Shown one piece after another: positions 8,948 to 18,191 of a DNA stretch of 64,000 nucleotides. The notes under the pieces were generated by a model, which saw nothing but the letters and a program-made list of their open reading frames with translations, was not told the origin of the DNA and did no database searches. Position 1 is the first letter of the stretch, and each line of letters begins with the position of its first letter. The translations under genes were made by a program, and so were the position numbers. This DNA comes from Candidatus Micrarchaeia archaeon (GTDB lineage: Archaea; Micrarchaeota; Micrarchaeia; Burarchaeales; Fermentimicrarchaeaceae): positions 248,212 through 312,211 of the forward strand of contig JAVZHX010000001.1 of assembly GCA_038871515.1 (NCBI GenBank), written 5' to 3'.

Positions 8948-9601
8948 TCATGAAGAATTAGCTCGACGAGACCCTTTCGAATCTCGCCTCACTAAAACCT
9001 CACTTGAGTGACTTGACGGGCGGTGTGTGCAAGGAGCGGGGACGTATTCATTGAGCTGAAGAGACACCAAACTTTTAGTTGGGACTGTCATGAAAAACTT
9101 TCTTACCTCTTGTCTACCATTTATATCCAGGCAGACACGTTTCCCACTCGTGAAAGTGGTCACTCGAATGCCGACACTTCGCAACAAAGTTGCGAGAAAA
9201 TCTCTTATTTCCCTAGAAACAACAGCGAACCTGATTCTTGGATATGGTGGTTTGCGCCTCTGGTCTTTCTCAAGCCAACCCTCACTATCAAACCAACCGG
9301 CTGCATAGGCGAGTTGCTCTTCCAGAGAACCACGCCGAATTGCTTGAGGCACAGAAAGTAAATATGACTTTCTTCCGCGAGGAATTTCATACTTCATAGT
9401 GAGCATATTAACTATGTTTATGGACACTAATCTCACTCGGCAGTTCCTCACATCTTCATGGGCTCCATCACTGCGGAACATTAATGCCACCTTTCTACGA
9501 AAGGATGGATTGAAAATACGAATATCAACCCGATTCCTCCTAGTTTCGATATGACCGTCTCCACTCACAAGACCCGCGAGATAAGCTTCTCTGGTACTCA
9601 A
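8948..9601 (-). CDS. LAGLIDADG homing endonuclease (double-motif); the last 35 codons of the ORF track are read-through into the 16S 3-prime exon
   Basis: Motifs LAGLVSGDGHI and LAYAAGWFDSEGWL; tail NEYVPAPCTHRPS... is a translation of conserved 16S exon sequence. Confidence 0.75.
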   Translation of the reverse strand: MSTREAYLAGLVSGDGHIETRRNRVDIRIFNPSFRRKVALMFRSDGAHEDVRNCRVRLVSINIVNMLTMKYEIPRGRKSYLLSVPQAIRRGSLEEQLAYAAGWFDSEGWLEKDQRRKPPYPRIRFAVVSREIRDFLATLLRSVGIRVTTFTSGKRVCLDINGRQEVRKFFMTVPTKSLVSLQLNEYVPAPCTHRPSSHSSEVLVRRDSKGSRRANSS

Positions 9602-9681
9602 ATAATCACCTCTGGTGTCTCCTCATCCGCTCGAGTTCACTCAGAATAGTTCAACTAGTGGACTATTCCGATTGGTGACAA
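9053..9681 (-). mobile_element. 16S rRNA intron (between AGTAATCGC and TGAATACGTCCC) with LAGLIDADG ORF; boundaries approximate
   Basis: 16S consensus AGTAATCGC ends at 9682 and TGAATACGTCCCCGCTCCTTGCACACACCGCCCGTCA resumes at 9052. Confidence 0.55.
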
Positions 9682-9837
9682 GCGATTACTAGGGATTCCA
9701 GCTTCATGAGGGCGAGTTTCAGCCCTCAATCCGAACCTGGGCCGAGTTTGGGGATTAGCTCCTCCTCTCGGAGTGGCAACCCATTGTCTCGACCATTGTA
9801 TGCCACGTGTAGCCCGGGAGATTCAGGGCATACTGAC

Positions 9838-10662
9838 TTCGGCTGAACAATTGGCGTAAGATTAGAAAATATTCTTGAGTTCATGTACTTTCGTACAGAT
9901 ATAATCGTAAGGTCCTTTCAACTCCTCATAATCGCTATGTTGAAGCGGTAGTTCTGTTTCGATAACTGCGATTAATTTAATCTTATTATTTAAGAATTTT
10001 GTTTTATATCCTTGATACGCCAGCTCTCTGATTCTTTCCGTTTGTTTTCTCCTGTTGATGGTGTGCAAACGTTTGCATTGAATACCGATATTAAATTTTT
10101 TTATGTATATATCGACAATTGATTTATTATTTATTGGATAATTTATCTTACATTCTATCCCTTTGTTTTTCAGAAAATCGGCTACTTCTTTTTCCTGAGT
10201 GCTAAATCTTTTTGCTAAGGATCTCTGCGCTCCTAGCTGCCTTGCTTTAGAAGCTTTCTCTGAAAGAGCATTTGCTTTGAACCATCCCTTGGATTCTTGT
10301 TCGGATTTTTTGAAATTATCTCTTATCCTATTTTCAGATATTCGTATGTTTCCGAGTTTTGCTAAGAAATTCTCTGCAGTTCTGATTTGCATTTTCTTTA
10401 CCTTTCCGGATTCGTATTTGTGCACATTCTTGCTGATGCCTAAAAATTTTTCAAATTGTGGTTGCGACATGCTTAGATTTAGTCTTAGTAAAAGAATATA
10501 CCTGGGGTTGTTGGAAAGAGTTTCCGCACTTATTTTTGTGTAATTCTTAGAATCACGTCTGAAATTCGCAATTAAATTTTCTAGTCCATATTTTGTTGTT
10601 GAAATTGCTGGCATAGTTATATTACGGAGCAAGGATATTTTAATCTTACGGACCAATTGTTC
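9838..10662 (-). mobile_element. 16S rRNA intron (between GGGCGACGGTAG and GTCAGTATGCCC), 825 nt, with non-LAGLIDADG ORF
   Basis: Exon ends map precisely to 16S consensus; intron termini are reverse-complementary (TGAACAATTGG / CCAATTGTTCA) as expected for a bulge-helix-bulge splice motif. Confidence 0.7.
9862..10617 (-). CDS. Intron-encoded protein: XRE-like HTH plus putative PD-(D/E)xK (DUF559/Vsr-like) nuclease; putative homing endonuclease
   Basis: HTH-like LSMSQPQFEKFLGISKNVHKYESG; C-terminal VADFLKNKGIECKINYPINNKSIVDIYIKKFNIGIQCK parallels ORF 3466-4374; ORF-track start at 10710 lies in the exon, first in-intron Met at 10617. Confidence 0.45.
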   Translation of the reverse strand, partial: TMPAISTTKYGLENLIANFRRDSKNYTKISAETLSNNPRYILLLRLNLSMSQPQFEKFLGISKNVHKYESGKVKKMQIRTAENFLAKLGNIRISENRIRDNFKKSEQESKGWFKANALSEKASKARQLGAQRSLAKRFSTQEKEVADFLKNKGIECKINYPINNKSIVDIYIKKFNIGIQCKRLHTINRRKQTERIRELAYQGYKTKFLNNKIKLIAVIETELPLQHSDYEELKGPYDYICTKVHELKNIF

Positions 10663-10747
10663 ATCTACCGTCGCCCTCTCCTTCCTCCTACTTAACGTAG
10701 GCAGTCCCAACAGAGTGCTTCATCTCCGGAGAGATGAATCGCAACTG

Positions 10748-11275
10748 TCAGCAAGGGTCTCGCTCGTTTCCGGACCGCATGAGTGCTTTTTGGGAGTGCT
10801 TGAGAAATTTTTTAACAAATGCAAAAAACTCTTTTGGAGTAAGAATTGCAAGCTTTCCTTCTATGAACCTTGCTCTGAACCCCAAAAGCTCCAGAAGCAT
10901 CTGCTCCTTTTCTGATGCTCTTGCGAGGTAAGGAGTATTTCCTTTTACTCCGCCGCAGGAGTCAAACAAACCTGCTAGGTATGAAGCAGAGTAGTCGTTC
11001 TTCTTCCTGAAAACATCAAGCTGATTTCTCTCAGCTTCCTCAAAGAATTTTCTGTATGCTGAATGGTAAAAGTAAATTTCATTTTCATTCAGCTGAATTT
11101 TCTGAGGAGGAATTTTGAGAGTTTTCAGCGCTTCTTTCAGGAAAATCTCGCGTATCTCTCCGCTTCCTCTTATTCCAACTCCTCTGGAAGCTTTCCTTCC
11201 TTTCCATAAACCAATCACATACGCCAGTTCAGGCGTCATTTTTATTTTCATCTCTCTCACTCCGGATGCACCCAT
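10748..11275 (-). CDS. LAGLIDADG homing endonuclease (small, double-motif)
   Basis: Motifs LAYVIGLWKG and YLAGLFDSCGGV; ORF reads about 20 nt into the downstream exon. Confidence 0.75.
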   Translation of the reverse strand: MGASGVREMKIKMTPELAYVIGLWKGRKASRGVGIRGSGEIREIFLKEALKTLKIPPQKIQLNENEIYFYHSAYRKFFEEAERNQLDVFRKKNDYSASYLAGLFDSCGGVKGNTPYLARASEKEQMLLELLGFRARFIEGKLAILTPKEFFAFVKKFLKHSQKALMRSGNERDPC

Positions 11276-11283
11276 GCGGTTTA
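10769..11283 (-). mobile_element. 16S rRNA intron (between GTTAAGTCCGGTAAAC and GAGCGAGACCC), about 515 nt, LAGLIDADG ORF
   Basis: Exon consensus on both sides; repeated CCGGTAAAC / CCGGAAAC at the junctions. Confidence 0.65.
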
Positions 11284-11326
11284 CCGGACTTAACCGGACA
11301 CTTCACAGCACGAGCTGACGATGGCC

Positions 11327-11432
11327 TTGTGCGAGAACGTCGCTTCTCCTTATAATCATAAATTGACGAGTGTCTGAGGACATTCAGAACAATATTCTTT
11401 ATATTTGTGTCTAATTAAGAGCGGCGTTCTCT
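11327..11432 (-). mobile_element. 16S mini-intron, about 106 nt, ORF-less (between GGTGGTGCAT and GGCCATCGTCAGCTCGTG)
   Basis: Insertion inside universally conserved GGTGGTGCATGGCCGTCGTCAGCTCGTG; AT-rich. Confidence 0.6.
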
Positions 11433-11535
11433 ATGCACCACCTCTCGGCTCGTCAGGCAAGATCTTCAGTCTGGCCTTCATACTGCCGTCGCTCCCGGTG
11501 ATATTCCCGGCGTTGAATCCAATTGAACCGCAGCT

Positions 11536-11608
11536 TGTGGAACTCCAACCCCTCGTTTACACTAACCGACATATACGCGTCGGAATTGGGTCAAGGGTTT
11601 GGAATTAA
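11536..11608 (-). mobile_element. 16S mini-intron, about 73 nt (between GGGGTGGA and AGCTGCGGTTCAATTGG)
   Basis: Interrupts conserved GGGGTGGAGCCTGCGGTTTAATTGGA. Confidence 0.55.
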
Positions 11609-11622
11609 TCCACCCCTTGTGG

Positions 11623-11651
11623 TATGGGAAACAATAAGAATACTTATTGTT
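11623..11651 (-). mobile_element. 16S mini-intron, about 29 nt (between GGGGGAGCA and CCACAAGGGG)
   Basis: Interrupts conserved GGCGGGGGAGCACCACAAGGGGTGGA; palindromic AACAATAAGTATTCTTATTGTT. Confidence 0.55.
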
Positions 11652-11667
11652 TGCTCCCCCGCCAATT

Positions 11668-11698
11668 CAGGAAGAACTAGCAATTGCTAATTCTTTTT
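11668..11698 (-). mobile_element. 16S mini-intron, about 31 nt (between AAAGG and AATTGGCGGGGG)
   Basis: Interrupts conserved AAACTTAAAGGAATTGGCGGGGGAGCAC; near-palindrome AAGAATTAGCAATTGCTAGTTCTT; only a 16-nt exon (11652-11667) separates it from the previous intron. Confidence 0.55.
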
Positions 11699-11724
11699 CC
11701 TTTAAGTTTCAACCTTGCGGCCGT

Positions 11725-11765
11725 AATTGGGGAAGCCCGCGCCGATAAATTTCGGTTAGGCTTCT
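11725..11765 (-). mobile_element. 16S mini-intron, about 41 nt (between CTGGGGAG and ACGGCCGCAAGG)
   Basis: Interrupts conserved GCCGCCTGGGGAGTACGGCCGCAAGG. Confidence 0.5.
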
Positions 11766-11792
11766 CTCCCCAGGCGGCAGACTTAACACCTA

Positions 11793-11833
11793 CGCTACGG
11801 CACTGCCGTAACCCTAAGTTACGGCAACACCAC
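11793..11833 (-). mobile_element. 16S mini-intron, about 41 nt (between GCAGACT and TAGGTGTT)
   Basis: Interrupts conserved GATGCGGACTAGGTGTTGGG; internal hairpin TGCCGTAAC...GTTACGGCA. Confidence 0.5.
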
Positions 11834-11866
11834 AGTCTGCATAATTTACTGCTAGGGCTACTCGGG

Positions 11867-11897
11867 TGTTTAGTAACTCGAGAAGGTGCTCGAATCA
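11867..11897 (-). mobile_element. 16S mini-intron, about 31 nt (between GGATTAGATA and CCCGAGTAGCC)
   Basis: Interrupts the universally conserved 790-loop sequence GGATTAGATACCCGGGTAGTCC; internal hairpin TCGAG...CTCGA. Confidence 0.55.
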
Positions 11898-12873
11898 TAT
11901 CTAATCCGATTCGTTCTCCTAGCCTTCGTCCCTCACTGTCGGACGCGTTTTGGCCAAGCGCCTTCGCCACTGGGAGTCCTCACAGGATTAACGGATTTTA
12001 CCCCTACCCCGTGAGTACTCTTGGCCTCCCCCGCTCCCAAGCCCGCCAGTATTCTCTGCACTCCTTCGAGTTGAGCCCGAAGATTTCACAGAGAACTTAG
12101 CAGGCCAGCTACGGACTCTTTAGGCCCAATATACGTGGATACCACTCGAGCTGCCGGTGTTACCGCGGCGGCTGTCACCGGTCTTACCCAGCTCTTATTC
12201 CACAAGCTCCTTAAGCTTGTGAAAAGATGCTCGCGTGGAGCATCACTCAGAATCCCCTCGTCACGCTTGCGCGCATTGCGAAGGTTTCGCGCCTGCTGCA
12301 TCCCGTAGGACTGGAGCCCTTGTCTCAGTGCTCCTCTGGGGGCGCCAACTCCCATTGCCCCCACCGATTATCGGCTTGGTGGGCCGTTACCCCACCAACT
12401 ACCTAATCGGAAGCAGTCTCATCCTAAGGCGGAAATGGCTGCATTTCGCCATTCCTTTTGGGCTATGAAGCGTTCCAGCATCCATAGCCTATGTGGTATT
12501 AGCCTCAGTTTCCCGAGGTTATCCCCCTCCTTAGGGTAGATTGACTACTCGCTACTCAGCCGTACGCCACCCCTCCTAGCAGAAGGGGTAGACTTGCATG
12601 GCTTAGTCGGATTCTGATAGCAGTACCCTCCAGCAGGATCAACTGGAGTTTTTCACGTTTAGAGCACACTTCCGCAAGTTCGGCGTAAGCACCACTAATC
12701 GCTCACTTCTCCTGTTCTTGAAGCCTCAGTCAAACCCAAACCTGCTTGGATTTCCATCAGATTGTGTGCTATAGAGGAAAGGTATCTATCACAGCACGAA
12801 ATGAGAATTCGCGCTCCATTTACGCCGGAGTCTATAGCGTCCGCACGGCGAATAAAGATTATACACACTCTTA

Positions 12874-12881
12874 TTTAAATA
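12874..12881 (-). promoter_or_regulatory. Candidate archaeal TATA box (TTTAAATA) for the rRNA operon
   Basis: AT-rich 8-mer about 225 nt upstream of the mapped 16S 5-prime end on the minus strand. Confidence 0.25.
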
Positions 12882-12929
12882 CTTTACGGTAGAAAAACCG
12901 TCGTGAAAGTTTTGGAATTTCTTTTTTAT

Positions 12930-13313
12930 TTATAAACATCTATCGCCGAGAAGAATGTATCTGAATTCCTCTCCCCTGCTGCATTTGTATGCCCCGTATA
13001 ATGCGTATAATGAAAGCAGTGAGTAAACAACAAATTCAATGCTCTTCACAAGCACCTCATCAACTTTCTGCGCTCTTCCATTTGGGGAGGGAAGCAGCAT
13101 TATCAACTCTGCGGAGAAGGAGATGAGTAGAAGAAGAAGCAAAGAAAAAATTTGGTAGTATGCTGCTTGCTTTGCCTGAAATTCAGAGTATTTTGTGTGT
13201 TTGACTGTTTTCCAAATTAGCAAAGGAAAAAGAAATGAGTAGCGAAAGAAAAAGCCAAACAGCATGCTTGCGTGTGCAAGGACTGCAATTCTCACTGAGC
13301 GCCTGTCCATCAA
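12930..13313 (-). CDS. Hypothetical small membrane protein
   Basis: Three predicted hydrophobic helices. Confidence 0.35.
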   Translation of the reverse strand: MMDRRSVRIAVLAHASMLFGFFFRYSFLFPLLIWKTVKHTKYSEFQAKQAAYYQIFSLLLLLLISFSAELIMLLPSPNGRAQKVDEVLVKSIEFVVYSLLSLYALYGAYKCSRGEEFRYILLGDRCL

Positions 13314-13318
13314 ATCAG

Positions 13319-13705
13319 CTAAAGATAATCTTTCAATAATTCAGCTGCTTTCTCTGGTTTATTCACCTTCACTGCAAAAACTCCCTTGTTATCCTCCTTC
13401 CTCAAAAAAAGAACACTCCTTATGTTTATTCCTGCTTCTGCAAGAGTTAAAGCAACCTTTGCAAGCTCCCCTGGCTGATCCTCTATTTTCAAAAGTAGTG
13501 TATCTGAAACAGTAACCTTGAAGCCTGCCTTCTCAAGCAGCTGTATAGCTTCATTTTCTTTTGATGCAACCAGATGAATCACTGCGTTCTTTCCAACTGT
13601 TTCCACTCCAACTGAATCAATGTTTATGTTGCTGTCGCCAAGAATTTTTGAAATCTGCGCGAGCAAGCCAACTCTGTCCTTTGCAACAATTATCAACTCT
13701 CTCAT
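13319..13705 (-). CDS. ACT-domain protein (tandem ACT-like small regulatory protein)
   Basis: Two repeats of a beta-alpha-beta-beta-alpha-beta-like pattern with conserved Gly (ILGDSNINIDSVGV / LAEAGINIRSV). Confidence 0.55.
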   Translation of the reverse strand: MRELIIVAKDRVGLLAQISKILGDSNINIDSVGVETVGKNAVIHLVASKENEAIQLLEKAGFKVTVSDTLLLKIEDQPGELAKVALTLAEAGINIRSVLFLRKEDNKGVFAVKVNKPEKAAELLKDYL

Positions 13706-13753
13706 TTTTTCACCAAAAGGGAATTGGGGAGGATATGTTTATAAGAATATCCA

Positions 13754-13825
13754 AGCCCCAGGCGAGGATTGAACTCGCGACCTTTTGCTTACCACGCAAA
13801 CGCTCTACCACTGAGCTACTGGGGC
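13754..13825 (-). tRNA. tRNA-Thr(GGT)
   Basis: Minus-strand cloverleaf GCCCCAG-TA-GCTC AGTGGTA GAGC-G-TTTGC GTGGTAA GCAAA-AGGTC-GCGAG TTCAATC CTCGC-CTGGGGC-T. Confidence 0.85.
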
Positions 13826-13831
13826 GGTGTT

Positions 13832-15142
<1,311 letters not shown>

Positions 15143-15197
15143 TTACTCCTTTTAAATTAATAATATTGTTAAGTGTGGTTAAGTGCATGCGCATTTA

Positions 15198-15521
15198 TTA
15201 GTAGTTCAACGGGCAGTCGAGCGATTCTAATTGTGGTAACAATCCAAGCTGCAATATGTAATAGATTACGATGGGGGCAAAAACTGCACTCACTATTGCA
15301 ATTATTCCTGCAATAAGAAGTGACAACATCCAGAATGAAATTTTAGCTTTTGTTTGAGAGTTGAATTTGAGGCTGATAGAGTATAGTAAGGCTGCAAGGA
15401 GCCAGTGCACCAGAGCGAGATTCACGATGCCTCCAAGTAGTAATATAAGACACGGAATTTTGAATCCATTTGAGATCCAGTCGAATACAACTTTGAGTAT
15501 ATAGCTAAACAGGAAGAGCAT
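15198..15521 (-). CDS. Hypothetical small membrane protein
   Basis: Hydrophobic ORF without recognisable motifs. Confidence 0.3.
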   Translation of the reverse strand: MLFLFSYILKVVFDWISNGFKIPCLILLLGGIVNLALVHWLLAALLYSISLKFNSQTKAKISFWMLSLLIAGIIAIVSAVFAPIVIYYILQLGLLPQLESLDCPLNY

Positions 15522-15664
15522 AAAGCTTGTGAGTAAGATTTTTATGTCTTCTATAATCCTCTTGTTGATAGGACCACCAGTTTACATTTTGATGATGCGG
15601 TATTTAAAGAATTAGGATAATAATTAATTGTTCTGTGGGTGGTTGCTTGAGGTTTCCTCCAATA

Positions 15665-16207
15665 ATGAGAAACTTGAAGAGAGGCCCGCAGGTTGTGCTT
15701 CCGAAGGATTTTGGGGTGGTGGTTGCTTTCACAGGAGTTGGAAGGAGAAGTGTTGTTGTTGATGCGGGAGCTGGAAGTGGTTTTCTTGCAGTTGCGCTTG
15801 GAAACGTGGCAAAAAAAGTAATCACTTACGAGAGAAGAAAGGAGTTTGCTGAGCTTGCTGAGAGGAATATAAAGAGAAGTGGTTTGAGGAATGTGAAGCT
15901 GAAGAGGAAGGATGTTTTCAAGGGAATTGATGAAAGGGAAGTTGATTTGGTAACACTTGACTTGGCGGATGCGGAAAAAGCTGTGAAGCACGCAAAGAAA
16001 GCATTGAGGGAAGGCGGTTATGTAGTTGGTTTTCTGCCAAACATGGAGCAGGTTAAATCATTTGTCAAAGAGTTGGAGAGAAATAATTTTTCAGAAATTT
16101 TTACTTTGGAGTGCATAACAAGGGAAATTCTTGTGAGGGAGCAGGGGATGAGACCGGAGAACACTGGGCTGATGCACACTGTGTATTTAACTTTTGGGAG
16201 GAAGTAG
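15665..16207 (+). CDS. SAM-dependent methyltransferase, TrmI/Gcd14-like (tRNA m1A methyltransferase family)
   Basis: VVDAGAGSGFLAVAL motif I after an N-terminal beta-rich region; size and order typical of TrmI. Confidence 0.55.
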   Translation: MRNLKRGPQVVLPKDFGVVVAFTGVGRRSVVVDAGAGSGFLAVALGNVAKKVITYERRKEFAELAERNIKRSGLRNVKLKRKDVFKGIDEREVDLVTLDLADAEKAVKHAKKALREGGYVVGFLPNMEQVKSFVKELERNNFSEIFTLECITREILVREQGMRPENTGLMHTVYLTFGRK

Positions 16208-16741
16208 TTAAGGAAACTTCACCTCATGAACATTCTCATAAATCGGCCCTTCTGGAGTTAAAGTGCTTTTCTTCAATATTATTCTATCAACTATGCACTC
16301 CCCAAATTCACTTTGGGAGTTTTCTTCCAAAAATTCATTAAGCGCCCCTTTATCTTTCAGAAATTTCACCCTTGCAAGCGTTATGTGAGGTGAAAACTCC
16401 TCCTTCTTAAAACCAAGCTGGGAAAGTTCCTTTCCAAGCTCTGAGTGTATTTTTTTAAGCTCGGGCGCTTCAACACCAACCCAGATAACTCTTATGTAGT
16501 TTCTGCTTGGAAATGCACCAACTCCCCTGCAACTAACCTCAAACTTGCCGAAGTTCATTTTGTTCATTGCTTGAATAACCCTCTCTTTCATTCTCTCATC
16601 AATTTCCCCAAGGAAGAAAAGAGTTAGATGTAAATTTTCTTTTTCAACAAGCTTCACCCCTTCAATTGAGAGATTCTTCTGAAGTGTTGCGATTTTTTCC
16701 CTTAACTCATCGCTCACCTCAACTGCAATGAAAGCACGCAT
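16208..16741 (-). CDS. 2H phosphoesterase / RNA 2-prime,3-prime-cyclic phosphodiesterase (LigT/ThpR family)
   Basis: Two HxT/S motifs (HLTLFFLG and HITLARV). Confidence 0.8.
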   Translation of the reverse strand: MRAFIAVEVSDELREKIATLQKNLSIEGVKLVEKENLHLTLFFLGEIDERMKERVIQAMNKMNFGKFEVSCRGVGAFPSRNYIRVIWVGVEAPELKKIHSELGKELSQLGFKKEEFSPHITLARVKFLKDKGALNEFLEENSQSEFGECIVDRIILKKSTLTPEGPIYENVHEVKFP

Positions 16742-16752
16742 AGTATTTTTAA

Positions 16753-17325
16753 ATGAAGCACAAATATAAGAGGGTTATGATTGTGATTGGAGTTGCTGGT
16801 TTGCGTGCTGCCGGAAAGAGCATAGTGAACGAAGTTGCAAAGGAGTTCGGAGTTAACTCTGTTGAGATGAGAAGCGTTGTTGTTGAGATGATGAAGGAGA
16901 AGGGAATTGAGATAACGAACAGGAGTTTAAGGGAGTTTGCAGATGAGCTTCGGAGGAAGGAGGGGTATGACGTTGTTGCTAGGAAGATGATTGAGAGAAT
17001 TAGAAAAATGAAAGAAAAAGCAATTGTTGTGAATGGGATAAGGGGGTATGAGGAGGTGAGGAGGTTTAAGGAGGCGTTTGGAGATAATTTTGTTCTGATT
17101 GGAGTTTTTGCTCCTCAAAAGATGAGGTTTGAAAGGGTGATTAAAAGAAATCTGCCAGAGGATCCGAAGAGCTGGGAGGAGTTTGTATGGGCTGATGAGA
17201 AGGAGCTTGGGTGGGGGACGGCAGATTCGTTTGCGTTTTCGGATTACATGGTTGTTAATATAGGGACAAGGGAGGAGATGGGGGAGCAGGTGAGAGGAAT
17301 TTTTAAGAGAATTATCAGGGGATAG
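16753..17325 (+). CDS. P-loop nucleotide kinase (archaeal UPF0200 / dephospho-CoA-kinase-like)
   Basis: Walker A-like GVAGLRAAGKS at N-terminus; about 180 aa. Confidence 0.5.
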   Translation: MKHKYKRVMIVIGVAGLRAAGKSIVNEVAKEFGVNSVEMRSVVVEMMKEKGIEITNRSLREFADELRRKEGYDVVARKMIERIRKMKEKAIVVNGIRGYEEVRRFKEAFGDNFVLIGVFAPQKMRFERVIKRNLPEDPKSWEEFVWADEKELGWGTADSFAFSDYMVVNIGTREEMGEQVRGIFKRIIRG

Positions 17326-17357
17326 GTTTTTATTGAACTTTTGAGATATGTGGTTAT

Positions 17358-18191
17358 ATGAGAAAAGAATTGTTGGTAATTTTAGTTTTGATGCTTGCGG
17401 TGAATGCAACCTATCTTAATATTAGGGAGCCGGTTATTTCAAGTGGTATGAGCGATGGAAGCAGTTTGTATATAGGAATTGCTGCTCCTGGCCAGACTGT
17501 TTACGTTGTTGCTGAAAGGGCAACGATAGACGCAGCAGGTGAGAGTATAAATTATATGGGGTGGGATAAGCTTGCTGTTGAGGGTTTGCCTCCTGGTTGG
17601 GTTGGTGAGGATAGCCCATGGTATGAAACTCCAATGAAAGCAAAAATAAGGATAGCACCTGATGCAGCAGATGGGAGGTATGTTTTCAAAATAAAAGCGG
17701 TTGATGAAGGAAACTATGATGGGTTAGGTGAGTTAACAATAAATGTTTCTGTTGCTGTGAGCAAGGAAGTTTTCAATATAGATGTTACTCCTTTAACTGT
17801 TGAGACTGGTGTTGGGCAACCCGGTGTTTATTACATAGATATAGAGAATATGGGGGCTGCAAGCGATACGTTCAGAATAAAATCGTCTGGGGTTCCTGCA
17901 TGGAGGTTCAGCAAGGATGTGCTTGTTCCGCATGCGGTTGACCCAAGTTTGGCTGCGAAGAAAACTGTTCCGTATGAGGTTGTTTTGAATGAGCAGAGCG
18001 AGGTGGATGTTCACATAAATGTCACTTCACTCTCAAGCGAGCAGATAAGCAGAGAGATGAGAGTGAGGTTGATTGCAAAGCCGTCTTTAATTTCGGATTA
18101 TAGGGCAACTGGGCATGGTTTGCTGGTTTTCCCGCTTGTGGAAAGCCCAATTTACTCATTAATGGCTTTCTTCTCAAAACTGCTGCTTTAG
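17358..18191 (+). CDS. Secreted/surface protein with N-terminal signal peptide and C-terminal hydrophobic anchor
   Basis: MRKELLVILVLMLAVNA signal; beta-rich; C-terminal hydrophobic tail. Confidence 0.4.
   Translation: MRKELLVILVLMLAVNATYLNIREPVISSGMSDGSSLYIGIAAPGQTVYVVAERATIDAAGESINYMGWDKLAVEGLPPGWVGEDSPWYETPMKAKIRIAPDAADGRYVFKIKAVDEGNYDGLGELTINVSVAVSKEVFNIDVTPLTVETGVGQPGVYYIDIENMGAASDTFRIKSSGVPAWRFSKDVLVPHAVDPSLAAKKTVPYEVVLNEQSEVDVHINVTSLSSEQISREMRVRLIAKPSLISDYRATGHGLLVFPLVESPIYSLMAFFSKLLL

Larger units (their letters stand above)
8891..12651 (-). rRNA. 16S rRNA gene (3.76 kb locus; about 1440-nt mature length after removal of 10 introns)
   Basis: Minus-strand 5-prime end ACTCCAGTTGATCCTGCTGGAGG...GACTAAGCCATGC at 12651-12600; 3-prime end AAGTCGTAACAAGGTATCCGTAGGGGAACCTGCGGATAGATCACCTCCT at 8940-8891; universal core sequences throughout. 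Confidence 0.9.

Noticed and set aside
8948-9052. C-terminal 35 residues of the intron LAGLIDADG ORF 8948-9601
   Set aside because: This stretch is a chance open translation of the conserved 16S 3-prime exon (TGAATACGTCCC...CCGCCCGTCA); the endonuclease likely ends or functions without it
10618-10710. N-terminal 31 residues of ORF 9862-10710
   Set aside because: Encoded by the 16S exon (GAGCGAGACCC...GGGACTGCC...GGCGACGGTAG); the intron begins at about 10662, so the true protein probably starts at Met 10617
2765-12468. Numerous ORF-track entries on both strands inside the rRNA operon (for example 2765-3028, 3086-3295, 4367-4660, 4862-5187, 5356-5703, 6870-7535, 11684-12100, 12086-12364)
   Set aside because: They overlap conserved 23S/16S rRNA sequence; GC-rich structured RNA yields long spurious ORFs; no coding signal
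15551-15991. Minus-strand ORFs 15551-15991 and 15604-15825 opposite the TrmI-like gene
   Set aside because: Antisense to a methyltransferase ORF with a clear SAM motif; proline/threonine-rich low-complexity
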